Assembly: GCA_963825135.1 (NCBI GenBank)
Contig: CAWGRW010000009.1
Location: 2,506,443-2,570,442 of the forward strand
Direction: 5' to 3'
From: an uncultured bacterium
GTDB lineage: Bacteria; Desulfobacterota_D; UBA1144; Nemesobacterales; UBA2774
Length of the DNA stretch: 64,000 nucleotides
Shown: piece after piece, positions 62,428-64,000 of the stretch
Layout of the letters: the number at the start of each line of letters is the position of its first letter
Numbering within the stretch: position 1 is the stretch's first letter
Position numbers and translations under genes: made by a program
The notes under the pieces: model-generated
What the model was told of the DNA's origin: nothing
The model's input: only the letters and a program-made list of their open reading frames with translations
The model's database searches: none

Positions 62428-63333
62428 CTACGACAGCTTGATCGGGACCGGCGAAATGCACCCTATAAATATCAAAAGGGCAATGAATCCGAGTATTTTC
62501 CTGCTGTAGTCGAGCTCCCCCTCGTCGTGAATCGTAGGGGGGTGCTTGGTCCCCATGAGCGTAAGCAGCACGGCCCACAAGACCCACCCGGGCCAGCCCT
62601 CGAATTGCGGGATGCGGTTAAGGAATTCGGGCAGGACGCCGCCCGCGAGTTTTTGATACTGCGTTAAGAGGGATTCGGTCCCTATGCCGAATATTACGAG
62701 CAGGGCTATCATGACTATGGACGTTATCCTGTGTGTCTTCTTCGAGAAAAGCGAATATACGATGTGCCCGCCGTCGAGCTGCCCCGACGGGATGAGGTTC
62801 AGGGCGGTCACGAAAAGCCCCACCCATCCTGCGAACGCGACCGGGTGGAGAAAGATGTCTTTCCCTTCGGGAATCTTCCCTATGATTATCCCCGAGAAGA
62901 AGGTGAATATGAGGGGCGAGCCCAGCGTGAGCCCCTGCCCTCCCGCCTTGTCCGCTACGTCCACTATCGTCGAGAGCTTGAGGCCTATTATCAATACCGG
63001 GATGCTGGCTATGATACCCGCGAGCGGCCCCGCGATCCCTATATCGAACAGCGCTTTTTTGGTCGATATGGGAGACTTGATTTTGATGAACGCGCCGAAG
63101 GTCCCTATGGGTGATATGATGGGAGGCGCCGGGATGAAGTACGGGGGGGTGATGTCGACCCCGTATTTCCTTCCGTAGAGATAGTGTCCCATCTCGTGAG
63201 AGCCGAGTATGAAGAGCAGCGCGCCCGAGAAGGCGAGAGCGCTCAGAATCGTCCCTCCGGACAATATCCCCGTGGAGAAAGTGGTGATGACCGTGAGCAC
63301 AAAAAGGATGATGTGTATTTTTCCGACTTTCAT
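62428..63333 (-). CDS. Site-2 protease (M50 family)
   Basis: HEMGH, AGPLAG and NLIPSGQLDGG. Confidence 0.92.
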   Translation of the reverse strand: MKVGKIHIILFVLTVITTFSTGILSGGTILSALAFSGALLFILGSHEMGHYLYGRKYGVDITPPYFIPAPPIISPIGTFGAFIKIKSPISTKKALFDIGIAGPLAGIIASIPVLIIGLKLSTIVDVADKAGGQGLTLGSPLIFTFFSGIIIGKIPEGKDIFLHPVAFAGWVGLFVTALNLIPSGQLDGGHIVYSLFSKKTHRITSIVMIALLVIFGIGTESLLTQYQKLAGGVLPEFLNRIPQFEGWPGWVLWAVLLTLMGTKHPPTIHDEGELDYSRKILGFIALLIFIGCISPVPIKLS

Positions 63334-63394
63334 TCGCAGGGAGAAAAAATACCTCAGTAATAGGAAATTGAAAGCGGTTATCTCAAGAGCCGGT

Positions 63395-64000
63395 CTATTC
63401 GATCTCTATGAGGGCCGGGTCGATGGCCTCGAGTGCTTCGATCAGGTATCTCTCAATATCGGACGTCTTCGTGATATCGAGTATGTCCCGTTTCACGGCC
63501 CCGAGCTTGTATTTGTCGAGCTTCTTGCAGAGGTACCTGATGTACGGGACGTGCGAGGGGGAAATGCTCAACTGCCTGTATCCGAGGGCGATAAGCCCGA
63601 GCGCCCCCGACGGCGTGCCCGCGAGCTCTCCGCAGACGGAAACTTCCATGCCCGAATGCCTGGTCTTCTGGTATATATCGTCGAGAACGCGGAGAACGGC
63701 CGGGTGGAACCCGGAGTAAAGGTGCCCGACGACGTTCGAGTTCCTGTCCACGGCGAGTATGTACTGAATGAGGTCGTTCGTGCCCACGGACATGAAATCG
63801 ATCATCTCCCTGTAGTCGTCGATCTGATAGAGGATCGCGGGGACCTCCATCATTATTCCGAGCTCCGGTCTGTCCCGGGCAGGTATGCCCATCTCGCCCG
63901 CCGTCTGCTCTACGATCTCTTTGGCGGTCTCCACTTCCCAGAGGTTCGTTATCATCGGAAGGAGTATCCTGAACCTGTGCCCCTTCTTGAGCGAGATCAA
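63395..64000 (-). CDS. PEP-protein phosphotransferase (enzyme I, PtsP-like), C-terminal part only
   Basis: ILLPMI, MMEVP, SVGTNDLIQY..AVDR and VCGELAG. Confidence 0.88.
   Translation of the reverse strand: MISLKKGHRFRILLPMITNLWEVETAKEIVEQTAGEMGIPARDRPELGIMMEVPAILYQIDDYREMIDFMSVGTNDLIQYILAVDRNSNVVGHLYSGFHPAVLRVLDDIYQKTRHSGMEVSVCGELAGTPSGALGLIALGYRQLSISPSHVPYIRYLCKKLDKYKLGAVKRDILDITKTSDIERYLIEALEAIDPALIEIE

Overview
A GC-rich bacterial chromosome segment, mostly housekeeping genes on the minus strand. Gene content, AGG/ATA-rich codon usage and IPTL-CTERM proteins suggest Desulfobacterota, possibly Ca. Dadabacteria (inference only). The left half holds two dnaK paralogues with grpE and rpoH, an EF-G paralogue, a TCA cluster (acnA-icd-mdh, a three-subunit mycobacterial-Sdh1-like SDH, sucC), a fab operon, a peptide ABC transporter and nfeD/slipin. 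The right half is more accessory: an AAA+/VWA pair, mnmA-mtaB, a degenerate cyclase, an SQR-like flavoprotein, a B12 radical SAM enzyme, two IPTL-CTERM genes, a stand-alone diadenylate cyclase next to a phosphoesterase, a pyruvate decarboxylase, gltA and partial ptsP. Four frameshifts in three genes are probably sequence errors. I saw no tRNA, rRNA, CRISPR array or transposase. The most unusual signal is non-coding. Intergenic gaps from 37 to 56 kb are filled with nested palindromic repeats. Inside three different repeat families sit four 85-87 nt inserts of three unrelated sequences that share one architecture (G|AAC, 7-bp hairpin, GWC ... TATT-N3-5-CCR|R); one empty site is visible for comparison. 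A second dispersed element ends in a CACAC-N3-GTGTG palindrome that abuts the stop codons of five genes.
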